64,000 nucleotides of DNA from positions 3,206 to 67,205 of the forward strand of contig CANQOY010000005.1 of the NCBI GenBank assembly GCA_947625605.1, read 5' to 3'. The position numbers were made by a program, and so were the translations under genes. Below the pieces are notes generated by a model. That model worked only from the letters and a program-made list of their open reading frames with translations. It ran no database searches and was not told the origin of the DNA. Positions 55,679 to 64,000 of this stretch are shown here, piece after piece. The DNA comes from an uncultured Clostridia bacterium (GTDB lineage Bacteria > Bacillota > Clostridia > Christensenellales > Borkfalkiaceae). Numbering within the stretch: the stretch's first letter is position 1; every line of letters starts with the position of its first letter.

Positions 55679-56006
55679 ACCATATTGTATGCTCCCGAAG
55701 GCCGTTTCCGCCATCTCCGCCGCGGGCAGCCCCGCTCTTCGGCTTCTTTCTCGCTTATTTTACCATTCCCGCTGAAAAAAGGCAATCGTTTTTATGCGCG
55801 CGGGAAAAATTCGGGCGCCCTTTCCGCCGGACGGCGGCTTTCGGCAGACAAAATGAAAAAATTGTTCATTTATCAACCGCATGCCCCTTTCTCACAAACT
55901 TTTTTGCGACTTTTGAAGAATTTTCGGAAAATGATTCAAAAAACGCTTGCATTTTGTATCAAGGTATGTTAGAATCTTACAAAAAGTATGAAAATGGAGG
56001 GAAACC

Positions 56007-56765
56007 ATGAAACGCGACCGCATCGAAGAAATCGCCGAACTTTTGGATAAGCGCGGCAAACTCACCCTCGACCAGCTTGACGGCTACTTCCCCAACGTCT
56101 CGCAGATGACGCTCCGCCGCGACCTCTTCCAGCTCGAACAGGAGGGCAGGATCATCCGCGTGAGGGGCGGCGCCATGTCCGTGAAGGAGGTCCAGAAAGT
56201 CTCGGGCGAACCCTACACCAAGAAGACCGCCATCCATACGGATGAGAAGATCAAGATCGCCCAAAAGGCCGCGCGCCTCATCGACGAAAACAGCTCCATC
56301 TTTGTGGACGGGGGCACCACGGCCATGTACCTCGCGAAGGAGATGCCCGACATCAACGTGCACGTCTTTACGAACGGGCTCGCCGTGGCCATCGAACTCG
56401 CCCAGAAGAAGAACGTCCATCTGACCGTGCTCGGCGGGCAGGTCCTCAAAGACAATCTCTCCACCGCTTCCCCCGTGGCCAAGGCGTACTTCGACAACAC
56501 GAACTTCGAGCTCGCCATCATCTCGGCTGCCGCATTCACGCCGGAGAACGGCTTCTCCTGCGCTTCGCAGATCGAGGCGGACCTGCTCAAAGTCACGCGC
56601 AAAAAAGCAAAGGCCATGTACATGATGCTCGACAGCTCCAAGATCGGCAAGATCATGCCCTACACGTTCGCGCGCCTCGAAGACATCGACGTGCTCATCA
56701 CGGACGACAATTTCCCCGCCGACCTCAAAGAACAATTCACTTCGCGCAACATCGTCGTTATGTGA
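56007..56765 (+). CDS. DeoR/GlpR-family transcriptional regulator
   Basis: N-terminal wHTH (VSQMTLRRDLFQLEQEGRIIRVRGGA) plus sugar-phosphate-binding C-domain. Promoter TTGCAT-17-TAGAAT at 55947-55975. Terminator at 56778-56808. Confidence 0.85.
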   Translation: MKRDRIEEIAELLDKRGKLTLDQLDGYFPNVSQMTLRRDLFQLEQEGRIIRVRGGAMSVKEVQKVSGEPYTKKTAIHTDEKIKIAQKAARLIDENSSIFVDGGTTAMYLAKEMPDINVHVFTNGLAVAIELAQKKNVHLTVLGGQVLKDNLSTASPVAKAYFDNTNFELAIISAAAFTPENGFSCASQIEADLLKVTRKKAKAMYMMLDSSKIGKIMPYTFARLEDIDVLITDDNFPADLKEQFTSRNIVVM

Positions 56766-56777
56766 AAACAGACCCTC

Positions 56778-56808
56778 ATCCCCCGACATGGTCGGGGGAT
56801 TTTTGTTT
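56778..56808 (+). terminator. intrinsic terminator after the DeoR gene
   Basis: ATCCCCCGAC-ATG-GTCGGGGGAT followed by TTTTGTTTTG. Confidence 0.85.
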
Positions 56809-56810
56809 TG

Positions 56811-57028
56811 GTTCCCCTTTTGACCCTGCCCGTCCCACGCTGTCATTCCGCCCCACCCGCACCGTCTCTCCTGTCATTCCGCCCCGCCCGCACGTTCTTT
56901 TCGTTGTCCAAGGGCGGCACGAGCCCGTAAGGGCGAAGTAAGGGCAACGCCCCGAGAGAATCCCCTTAAACGAAGTCCGTCATCGACCAGGGGGATACAC
57001 TCGCCCGTTCCACGGACTCGGTATGACA
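56811..57028. repeat. TGTCATTCCG...CGGTATGACA unit (reverse complement of the 46141 unit) plus partial copy
   Basis: 56872-57028 aligns with the reverse complement of 46141-46305. An extra TGTCATTCCG fragment lies at 56841-56871. Confidence 0.8.
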
Positions 57029-57049
57029 GGGCAACCGATTCGGGTTATG

Positions 57050-57091
57050 CCATAAAACGAAAAGTCCGCCCGCGGACATGTCCGCGGGCGG
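57050..57091 (-). terminator. terminator after the 57115..57945 gene
   Basis: CCGCCCGCGGA-CATG-TCCGCGGGCGG. The minus strand is followed by CTTTTCGTTTT. Confidence 0.7.
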
Positions 57092-57114
57092 CGCATGATA
57101 CGGAAAATTTTTAA

Positions 57115-57945
57115 TCAAACCTCAAAGATGCCGTCCCGACCCTTGCTGCCGTTGTGCACATAGTAGGCGGCAAAGTCCGCCGTCCAATATTTCAGATTGA
57201 GGACGAAAGCAGACCGCTCGGACGGGGATGCGACCACGGGAAAAAGATTATCGGTCGCCTTGTAGAGCGGAAGATGGGGACGGTAGGCCATGATACAGCT
57301 CACATAGACCTCCCTGCCGCCTGTCACTGCGTCGCTCAGCCGTCTGTTGGTAAAAAATGCGCTCTCATTGCTCAAAAAGTTGCCCTCTTTCCCCTTGTAG
57401 AGACGTTCGGCAATGCATTTGAGTTCGAGCGGATCGCCGTCGAAATACGCGTCGGGGCTATATAAGATCACGGCGGGAACGGGGAGCATGTCGATCCGTT
57501 GATTCTGATAGAGGGTTCGGTTCGCCTGCACGATACAGCCCCAAACCACTTTTCCGCCGCTGAGGACGCCGAAGTCGGACACGCAGGCCGAACCCGCAAA
57601 CGGACGGATAAAGAATTGGTTGGAAGCGGGGTTCTTCTCCGCCGTAAAGGCCTCGCGCATGGCAGCGATCTCTTCCGCAAAATCGGAAATGTCCGTCTTG
57701 GGAAGAGTAGAATACTTTTGAAATCTCTCTTTGAGTTCCCGATCTGGACGGGTAGAAATGAAATACCCCACGGGCAAAAGCACAACGGCGACCACGGCCA
57801 TTGCAAGACCCGACCAAAGCAGGGCGGGAATTTCCTGATCGTCGGAAGTTTTCAGTCCGAAATAGGCGATGAGGAGCCCGGCCGCAACCGCGAGCAGCCC
57901 TCCGCCGATGAGGTACATGCAAAGACCGAGTTTTCTGTTTTTCAT
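57115..57945 (-). CDS. hypothetical membrane protein (2 N-terminal TM + uncharacterised C-domain)
   Basis: ATG 57945 with SD GGAGGA. G+C lower than the surroundings. Divergent from the XRE gene. Confidence 0.55.
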   Translation of the reverse strand: MKNRKLGLCMYLIGGGLLAVAAGLLIAYFGLKTSDDQEIPALLWSGLAMAVVAVVLLPVGYFISTRPDRELKERFQKYSTLPKTDISDFAEEIAAMREAFTAEKNPASNQFFIRPFAGSACVSDFGVLSGGKVVWGCIVQANRTLYQNQRIDMLPVPAVILYSPDAYFDGDPLELKCIAERLYKGKEGNFLSNESAFFTNRRLSDAVTGGREVYVSCIMAYRPHLPLYKATDNLFPVVASPSERSAFVLNLKYWTADFAAYYVHNGSKGRDGIFEV

Positions 57946-58120
57946 ATCATTCCTCCGATATTGCTTACCAATATTTATAACACTTTTGTCCCCGCCTGTC
58001 AAGCCCCCGATCAGACCGAAAATGGACGGGGCTCTCTGCGCGGCGGATCGGCCTCAGACGGTTTCCACAATAGGAACAATAACCTTGTTGGGCTCCCAAT
58101 GCGTTTTGGATTTATAGTAT

Positions 58121-58185
58121 AACTCAATTGAGTTGATTTGTCAATTGTTTTGAGTTGTTAAATTAACTCAATTTCGTTATACAAT
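58121..58185 (+). promoter_or_regulatory. XRE-gene control region with repeated AACTCAA/TTGAGTT half-sites
   Basis: Palindrome AACTCAATTGAGTT 58121-58134. TTGAGTT-N8-AACTCAA 58150-58171. TACAAT 58180-58185. Confidence 0.55.
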
Positions 58186-58210
58186 GGCTGAGGTAAAACA
58201 AGGGGGCAAA

Positions 58211-58513
58211 ATGGATATTTTGAAACGGATCGATGATCTTCGCAAGCAGCGCGGCTGGTCGATCAACAATCTTGCAATGGAAGCGATGCTGACCCAATCT
58301 ACGCTGAACAACCTCTATTCTCGCGGCTCTGAACCCAAACTTTCCACTCTTCGGGCCATATGCTCCGCTTTTGGAATCAGCCTTGCGGAATTCTTTTCCG
58401 AAGATACCGCGTCGTGTAAGACGGAGAATGTGCATGAAGCGCTTTTGCAGCGCGTTGACGCTTTGTCGCCGGCTCAACAGAGTACGCTTCTTGCCTTCCT
58501 CAAAACGATTTGA
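58211..58513 (+). CDS. XRE-family HTH transcriptional regulator
   Basis: LRKQRGWSINNLAMEAMLTQSTLNNLYSRGSEPKLSTLRAICSAFGISLAEFF is a Cro/C1-type HTH. ATG 58211 lies 5 nt after AGGGGG. Low G+C. Confidence 0.8.
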   Translation: MDILKRIDDLRKQRGWSINNLAMEAMLTQSTLNNLYSRGSEPKLSTLRAICSAFGISLAEFFSEDTASCKTENVHEALLQRVDALSPAQQSTLLAFLKTI

Positions 58514-58591
58514 GCTGAGGATTCGCAGCAACAAATGATTTGATCCGCGAAAAAAGAGCGCAGACGATGCTGCGCTCTTTTTCGCTTTCGT

Positions 58592-60358
58592 TTATTTTTC
58601 GCAGTTCTTTTTGAGGGTTTCCAGACTCTCCCGAAGTTCCGCGGGCAGCCGGTCGCCGAACTGCTCATAATAGCCCTCGATCTCGTCCGCCTCCTTTCTC
58701 CAACGCGCCTTATCCACATAGAGGATGCTTTCGAGCGTCTCGCGGGTGCAATCCGCGCCTTCTAGGTCGATGTCTTTCGCATAGGGCACATAGCCGATCG
58801 CCGTCTCTTCGGCGTCCGCCTCGCCCGCGCAGCGCTTCAAGATCCAGTCGAGCACGCGCATGTTGTCGCCGAAGCCGGGCCAGAGAAACTCGCCGTTCGG
58901 GCCCTGACGGAACCAGTTCACGTTGAAGATCTTGGGCGGATTCTTGATTTTTTTGCCCATCTCGATCCAGTGCCCGAAGTAGTCCGCCATGTGATATCCG
59001 CAGAACGGCTTCATCGCCATGGGGTCGTGACGGAGCACGCCGACGGCACCCGTGGCCGCGGCCGTCGTTTCCGAACTCATGATCGAGCCCACAAACACGC
59101 CGTGATCCCAATCCCGCGACTGGTAGACGAGCGGGGTGGTCGTCGCCCTTCTGCCGCCGAAGATGATGGCGTCGAGCGGCACGCCCTCCTTGGAATGGAA
59201 CGCGGGCGAGAGGCAGGGGCAGTTCTCGGCGGGCGCCGTAAAGCGGGAATTGGGATGCGCCGCCTTCACGCCGCTCGCGGGCGTCCAGTCGTTGCCGAGC
59301 CAATCGATAAGCCTTTCGGGCGGCTGTTTGGTCAGCCCCTCCCACCAGACCGTGTTGTCGGCGGGGTCGATGGCGACGTTGGTGAAGATCGTCCCCTTGC
59401 GCGTTGCGGCGAGCGCGTTGGGATTGGACTTTTCGTTCGTCCCGGGAGCGACGCCGAAGAAGCCGTTCTCGGGGTTGATCGCCCAGAGCCTGCCGTCCTT
59501 GCCCACGCGGATCCACGCGATATCGTCCCCCACGCATTCCACTTTATAGCCCGCTTTGAGGTACTTCTCGGGCGGGATGAGCATGGCGAGGTTGGTCTTG
59601 CCGCATGCGGAGGGGAAGGCGGCGGCGAGATAGTGCTTTTCGCCGTTCGGATAGGTCACGCCCAAAATCAGCATGTGTTCGGCCATCCAGCCCTCGTTCT
59701 TGCCGAGGTAGGAGGCGATGCGCAGGGCAAAGCACTTCTTGCCGAGCAGCACGTTGCCGCCGTAGGCGGAATTGACGGAGATGATGGTGTCATCCTCGGG
59801 GAAGTGCATGATGTAGCGCTTCTCGGGATCGACGTCGCACTTGCAGTGGAAGCCCTTGATGAAGTCTCCGTTCTCTCCGAGATAGTCGTAGCACTCCACC
59901 CCGACGCGCGTCATGATGGCCATGTTGAGGACGACGTAAATGGAATCCGTGACCTCGATGCCGATCTTCGAGAAGGGGGACCCGACGATGCCCATGGAAT
60001 AGGGGATCACGTACATGGTACGGCCCTTCATCTTCCCGCGGGCGATCTCGCGGCAGAGCGCATACGCCTTTTCGGGATCCATCCAATAGTTGATGGGACC
60101 TGCGTCCTCTTTGTTTTTGCAGCAGATAAAGGTGCGGTCCTCCACGCGCGCAACGTCGTTCTGCGCCGTGCGGTGATAGTAGCAGCCGGGGAGTTTTTCC
60201 TCGTTGAGTTTAATCATCTCCCCTGTCTTGACGGCCTCTTCCCTGAGCGCTTCGAGCTGCGCCTCGCTGCCGTCGATCCAGACGATCTTGTCCGGGCAGG
60301 CGAGCTCTGCGCTCTCCCGAACGAAGTCGAGGACCTTTTTGTTGTTGGTAAGCGGCAT
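58592..60358 (-). CDS. phosphoenolpyruvate carboxykinase (GTP-dependent)
   Basis: 588 aa. Kinase-1a loop FPSACGKTNLAM and GSAYGGNVLLGKKCFALRIAS, typical of GTP-type PEPCK. ATG 60358 with AGGAGG. Confidence 0.93.
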   Translation of the reverse strand: MPLTNNKKVLDFVRESAELACPDKIVWIDGSEAQLEALREEAVKTGEMIKLNEEKLPGCYYHRTAQNDVARVEDRTFICCKNKEDAGPINYWMDPEKAYALCREIARGKMKGRTMYVIPYSMGIVGSPFSKIGIEVTDSIYVVLNMAIMTRVGVECYDYLGENGDFIKGFHCKCDVDPEKRYIMHFPEDDTIISVNSAYGGNVLLGKKCFALRIASYLGKNEGWMAEHMLILGVTYPNGEKHYLAAAFPSACGKTNLAMLIPPEKYLKAGYKVECVGDDIAWIRVGKDGRLWAINPENGFFGVAPGTNEKSNPNALAATRKGTIFTNVAIDPADNTVWWEGLTKQPPERLIDWLGNDWTPASGVKAAHPNSRFTAPAENCPCLSPAFHSKEGVPLDAIIFGGRRATTTPLVYQSRDWDHGVFVGSIMSSETTAAATGAVGVLRHDPMAMKPFCGYHMADYFGHWIEMGKKIKNPPKIFNVNWFRQGPNGEFLWPGFGDNMRVLDWILKRCAGEADAEETAIGYVPYAKDIDLEGADCTRETLESILYVDKARWRKEADEIEGYYEQFGDRLPAELRESLETLKKNCEK

Positions 60359-60508
60359 GTATAACCTCCTGAAATTTACACCGTGGAGGCGGAAGGCACC
60401 CTCCCGCCCCATTTTATTATACCACGGTTTTCCCCTTTTGTAAACAAAACTCCGTGCAATTTTCACACGGAGTCCGAGAACTTCTTTCTACGAGGATCGA
60501 TCTTCTTG

Positions 60509-61435
60509 CTAACTCTCTTTTACCGACACATACTCGCCCGAATCGGCGGACTGAAAGACGACCCAGAACCCCTCCTCCTCGGTGAAGTGCGAGGCGGGGA
60601 CGAAGCTCGCGTGTTCTCTCATCTCTTCGGGCGGATCGCCGTGCGCCTCGACGGCCACGCAGAGGAATTGGGGCACCCCATGTCCGTAGATGACCCCCAA
60701 AAGAGCTCCCTCGGCGCGCACCCATTCCGAGTAGGGAAAGACGGCTTTCAGCCTCTCGTCCTTGGGGAATTTGCGGAACGCCTCTTCCAGCCTTTCGCGA
60801 TTGGCGCGGTAGTATGTAAGAGATCCGCGCGGGTCGAGATACGGAGGCTCCGCATCCGCGCGAGCGTCCGCCCCGTGCGCGTCCTCTTCCGCTTCTCCTG
60901 CGCTTGCAGGCACAGCGTCGCCATCCTCATCCGGCGCATGTTGGTAGTAGTCCGATCGGGCAATGGCCTCGTCGTCATACCCTCCCGCATTGGGCGCGCG
61001 AAAGGAGGGAGCGGGCTCCTCCATCGCCTCCTTTTGATGCATGGGTGCCTCCGATTTCTTCTTTGCGGTGCGCGTCATGGCATCGAGAAGGACGCCGTAC
61101 TCGGGCGGCGCCAGCCCGCAGCTCCCGTAGGCGATGGGCTCGGGGTCCCCTTTCAGAAAGACGAGCAGCGCCGCGAACCCGCCCTTGACGGAGGGGCTGT
61201 CCGCAACGTGCAGCGCCTCGCCTCCCCGCAGTTCGAGGACGAACGTCTTGCCCTCCGCCCAGACCGCGAGGGCGTACCTCCCCTCCCGGACGGGCGCGAT
61301 CCCGAGGATGCGGGGCGTGATCGTGAGTTCGCTCCCCAGCCGCTCCGCATAGACGGCGCCCGAGAGCGTGCCTCCGTCCGCGGAAAATCCCTTTTTGAGT
61401 TGTTTCAGAACGCAGACGCGTTTTTCATACGACAT
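60509..61435 (-). CDS. hypothetical protein (308 aa) with acidic central linker
   Basis: ATG 61435 with SD AAGGAGAA. Coding-like composition. No family recognised. Confidence 0.55.
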   Translation of the reverse strand: MSYEKRVCVLKQLKKGFSADGGTLSGAVYAERLGSELTITPRILGIAPVREGRYALAVWAEGKTFVLELRGGEALHVADSPSVKGGFAALLVFLKGDPEPIAYGSCGLAPPEYGVLLDAMTRTAKKKSEAPMHQKEAMEEPAPSFRAPNAGGYDDEAIARSDYYQHAPDEDGDAVPASAGEAEEDAHGADARADAEPPYLDPRGSLTYYRANRERLEEAFRKFPKDERLKAVFPYSEWVRAEGALLGVIYGHGVPQFLCVAVEAHGDPPEEMREHASFVPASHFTEEEGFWVVFQSADSGEYVSVKES

Positions 61436-61581
61436 GATCCGATTCTCCTTGTCTCCCATTGTAGCAGAGCGCAAGGGGCGAACCTTGCCGAAGTTGGGCG
61501 AATGATGGAAAATTACAGAATAAACGCCGCTCTCTCAAAAGCGGCGCGAGGATGCGGACATGGTACCGGGGTAAGGTGTCC

Positions 61582-61809
61582 TGTCATACCGAGCACGCAG
61601 AGCGGGCGAGTGTATCCCCTTGGTCGTTGACGGACTTCGTTTCCCTGTCATACCGCCCCGCCCGCACGTTCTTATCGTTGTCCAAGGGCGGCACGAGCCC
61701 GCAAGGGCGAAGTATTCCGCGAAGCGGACGAGTGTATCCCCTTGGTCGATAACGGACTTCGTATCAGGGGATTCTCTCCTCCCTCGCAAGCTCGGTCGTC
61801 GGAATGACA
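61582..61809. repeat. rearranged/nested copy of the TGTCAT(A/T)CCG unit
   Basis: Termini at 61582-61591 and 61800-61809. The CGAGTGTATCCCCTTGGTCG block occurs twice (61607, 61729) around an inverted CCCCGCCCGCACG...GAAGTA block (61646-61714). Confidence 0.75.
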
Positions 61810-61828
61810 AGAGGATCGTGCGGCAGCT

Positions 61829-62284
61829 TCAAAGGGGAGAGGGGAAGAGCACTACCTTTTTCCCGAGCTCCCGCGCATAGCGCACGGTGTAGGCCGTGCC
61901 GCCCGTCTTTCGCGTACAGTAGGCAAAGACGAGGTCGGCCCGCTCCGCCATATAGCGGTTGCGCGCGAGAAAACAGCCCGCGTAGTACGAGGCGGCAAGC
62001 ACCTCTCTTTCATCGCACAGGGCGAGCAGGGAGCGGTATCTCTCCCGCTCGCCGCGGGGGAAGCTCCTCTCTTGTCCCTCGTGCGGAATACAGGCCTGAA
62101 TGCGGACATGGTACCGCCTTTTGAGGTCTATGAGGCATTCGAGCGCGAGCAGATCGAACCCGCGGGCCATGCCGCAGCAGAAGGTGGTGCAGCCCTCGCG
62201 GATGAGCGCTTCGAGCGCGTCGTACAGCGCGCTGCGGTCAAATCCTTCCGGCAGTTCCCTGTGCCCCGTGAGGGCGCACGTCAT
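61829..62284 (-). CDS. DUF1273 / SLOG-fold protein (YpsA-like)
   Basis: CALTGHRELP N-terminus, CCGMARGFDLLALE, GGTAYTVRYA. Starts 8 nt after the rsmG stop. Confidence 0.75.
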   Translation of the reverse strand: MTCALTGHRELPEGFDRSALYDALEALIREGCTTFCCGMARGFDLLALECLIDLKRRYHVRIQACIPHEGQERSFPRGERERYRSLLALCDEREVLAASYYAGCFLARNRYMAERADLVFAYCTRKTGGTAYTVRYARELGKKVVLFPSPL

Positions 62285-62292
62285 CCCCTCGC

Positions 62293-62991
62293 TCACAGCG
62301 GTTTCCTCCGCTCCGCGCCGTTCCCGCGCGGATACTGCGGCGGCGTCCGCTTCACCTTGGGCACGGCGACCAGACACCGTGCGCCGAACCCCTCCCAGAG
62401 CGCATAGCGGATGACCTCCGCCTCGCCGCCTCCCAGAAGCGAAATTGCGCGGCTTGCGATGTCCGTCTCGGGCATGCCCCCCTTGTATGCGATGAATTGC
62501 CCTCCCGTACGGACCAGCGGCATGCAGTATTCCGCCAGCGTATCGAGGCGGGCGACCGCCCTCGCGCAGCAGACATCGAACTTCTCGCGGTAGCGCGGAT
62601 CCCTGCCGACGTCCTCGGCGCGGGCGTTCACGACCTCCGCGCGCAGGCCGAGTTCTCGTATGACGACCCCGAGAAATTCGCACTTCTTGCCTGTGCTCTC
62701 GATGAGGGTAAAGGAGAGATCCGGCCGCGCGATCATGAGCGGGACGGAGGGAAATCCGCCGCCCGATCCCACCTCGGCCGCCCTCGCGCCCTCGGGGAGG
62801 AGGAACTCGCCCGCGAGCGAATCGTAAAAGTGTTTGAAGCGGATCTCCCGCTCCTCCGTGACGGAGGTAAGGTTGAAGCGCGCGTTATAGGCGGTGAGGA
62901 GGGCCGCAAAGGCTGCAAAGCGGTCTGCATTCTCCTCATACAGGGCGCGGCAACGCCCGAAATCGGGGGCTTTTTCTTTCATAGACCCCAT
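62293..62991 (-). CDS. rsmG: 16S rRNA (guanine527-N7)-methyltransferase
   Basis: NLTSVTEEREIRFKHFYDS and SAM motif EVGSGGGFPSVPL. ATG 62991 (alternative 62982). The upstream part of ORF 62293..63345 is non-coding. Confidence 0.88.
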   Translation of the reverse strand: MGSMKEKAPDFGRCRALYEENADRFAAFAALLTAYNARFNLTSVTEEREIRFKHFYDSLAGEFLLPEGARAAEVGSGGGFPSVPLMIARPDLSFTLIESTGKKCEFLGVVIRELGLRAEVVNARAEDVGRDPRYREKFDVCCARAVARLDTLAEYCMPLVRTGGQFIAYKGGMPETDIASRAISLLGGGEAEVIRYALWEGFGARCLVAVPKVKRTPPQYPRGNGAERRKPL

Positions 62992-63359
62992 TATATCACA
63001 CTTCGCGCGGGATTTCAACTTTATCCACCGCCTGTCGAAAAAAAGGATAACTTCTTCCACACGGTGGAACACTCTGTGGATGACGCGGCGGCCCTCTCTC
63101 CCCTTGCGGCGGCGGGCGGGAACGCCGTGCTCCCGTCGGGTGGAAAAGCCCCGTTTGCAAACAGGTTGTCCACTCCGCTCCCGACAGGAAAATTCCCAAA
63201 GGTTTTTGCGAAAAAGCGGAAAAAGACTTGAAATTTTTGCCGTTTTCCGATATAATAGACGCATACCCGGCGGAGCGGGGATGCTTGTCCACATTTCCAC
63301 CGCCTCTATTATTACTATTATAAGTAATTTATATAATCTAATCATCAGGAGGGAACACG
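62992..63359. promoter_or_regulatory. putative oriC / dnaN control region: DnaA-box cluster + AT-rich tract
   Basis: TTATCCACC 63021-63029, TCATCCACA (reverse) 63075-63083, TTGTCCACA 63285-63293, weaker TTGTCCACT 63166-63174 and TCTTCCACA 63053-63061. AT-rich tract 63306-63345. Promoter TTGAAA-17-TATAAT at 63228-63256. Confidence 0.55.
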
Positions 63360-64000
63360 ATGAAATTCGTCTGCGACGGCCTCACCCTTTCCGAGGCGGT
63401 CATGAAGGTCTCAAAGGCCTGTGCGGTCCGCACCACGGCGCCCATTATGGAATGTATGAAGCTGACGGCGGAGCGGGAGGAGGTCCGCCTTCTCGCGACG
63501 GACGGCGAACTCTCCATCCAAAAGGTCATCAAGGCGGAAGTGCTGGAAGAGGGGGAGATCTGCGTCCCCGGCAAGCTGTTTGCCGACTTCACTTCCAAGC
63601 TCCTCGGGGAGGAGATCGCGCTCTCCACATCGGAGAAGGGCATGGAGATCAAATACCGCGATTCCGTCTCCTATATGCAGACGCTCTCGGCGGAGGAGTT
63701 CCCCGCGATCAACCTCGACATCGGGGAAAATTCTTTCGTCATGAAGAGCGGCGGATTCAAGAAGCTTGTCGCGCAGACGACGTTCTGCTGCGCGCAGGAC
63801 GATTCCCGCCCCGTTCTCAAAGGATGCAGGCTGGAATTCGGTTCCGAGCTCGAAGCGGTCGCGCTCGACGGCTACCGCCTCGCCCTGACGCACGCGGAGA
63901 TCCTCGCCAAGAGCGGCGAGAACGCCATCATCTGCCCCGCGCGCACGCTGAACGAGATCGCCAGAATGCTCCCCGACGGCGACGGAGAGGTCACCCTCTA
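63360..64000 (+). CDS. dnaN: DNA polymerase III beta sliding clamp (5' partial, runs off window)
   Basis: ATG 63360 after CAGGAGGGA. MKFVCDGLTLSEAVMKVSKAC...LLATDGELSI...PVLKGCRLE...VALDGYRLA is a typical DnaN N-domain. Open to the window end. Confidence 0.9.
   Translation, partial: MKFVCDGLTLSEAVMKVSKACAVRTTAPIMECMKLTAEREEVRLLATDGELSIQKVIKAEVLEEGEICVPGKLFADFTSKLLGEEIALSTSEKGMEIKYRDSVSYMQTLSAEEFPAINLDIGENSFVMKSGGFKKLVAQTTFCCAQDDSRPVLKGCRLEFGSELEAVALDGYRLALTHAEILAKSGENAIICPARTLNEIARMLPDGDGEVTL

Noticed and set aside
55679-56006. Expected T-box leader upstream of cysE-cysS. The short leaders of glyQS (38215-38348), glnS and alaS were also checked.
   Set aside because: I could not find the conserved T-box sequence (AANNNGGGTGGTACCGCG) or its complement in these spacers. 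The glyQS leader is only about 20 nt after a clear promoter. Some other leader structure upstream of cysE is possible but cannot be supported by eye.
61552-61567. 16-nt exact match ATGCGGACATGGTACC with 62100-62115, which lies inside the DUF1273 gene
   Set aside because: About one such chance match is expected in 64 kb of GC-biased sequence when both strands are considered. There is no flanking similarity.

Overview
High-G+C, origin-proximal chromosome segment of an endospore-forming Bacillota (Clostridia-like) organism. I call 58 CDS. No tRNA, rRNA or CRISPR array was seen. The content is mostly housekeeping: gyrB/gyrA, uvrB/uvrA, glnS, glyQS, a cysE-cysS-alaS cluster, rplM-rpsI, GTP-type PEPCK, rsmA, rsmG, ispE, dusB and the 5' part of dnaN. 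Sporulation-type genes are also present: spoIVFA/FB-like, spoVT, spoVB/yabM-like, yabN/mazG, veg and a SPOCS-LysM protein. 41 of the 57 CDS left of position 63,000 are on the minus strand, including all the long core genes, and dnaN starts on the plus strand at 63360. The rsmG-dnaN spacer carries DnaA-box-like 9-mers and an AT-rich tract, so it looks like oriC even though dnaA is not adjacent. The most unusual signal is non-coding. (1) A mosaic family of GC-rich palindromic repeats occupies at least 7 intergenic loci. One copy, wedged between gyrB and gyrA, carries a low-GC DUF559 (Vsr-like endonuclease) ORF exactly where other copies are empty. (2) A 3.8-copy tandem array of ~200-bp units in A-B-A-B order fills the whole alaS-maa spacer. 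Also notable are a compact 602-aa AlaRS lacking the C-Ala domain, three leaderless-type starts, a small low-GC XRE/membrane-protein islet, a SecB-like gene and a tandem-OB SSB-like gene. All calls come from reading the sequence and the ORF track only. Family assignments rest on recognised motifs, not searches, and repeat boundaries are approximate to within a few nt.
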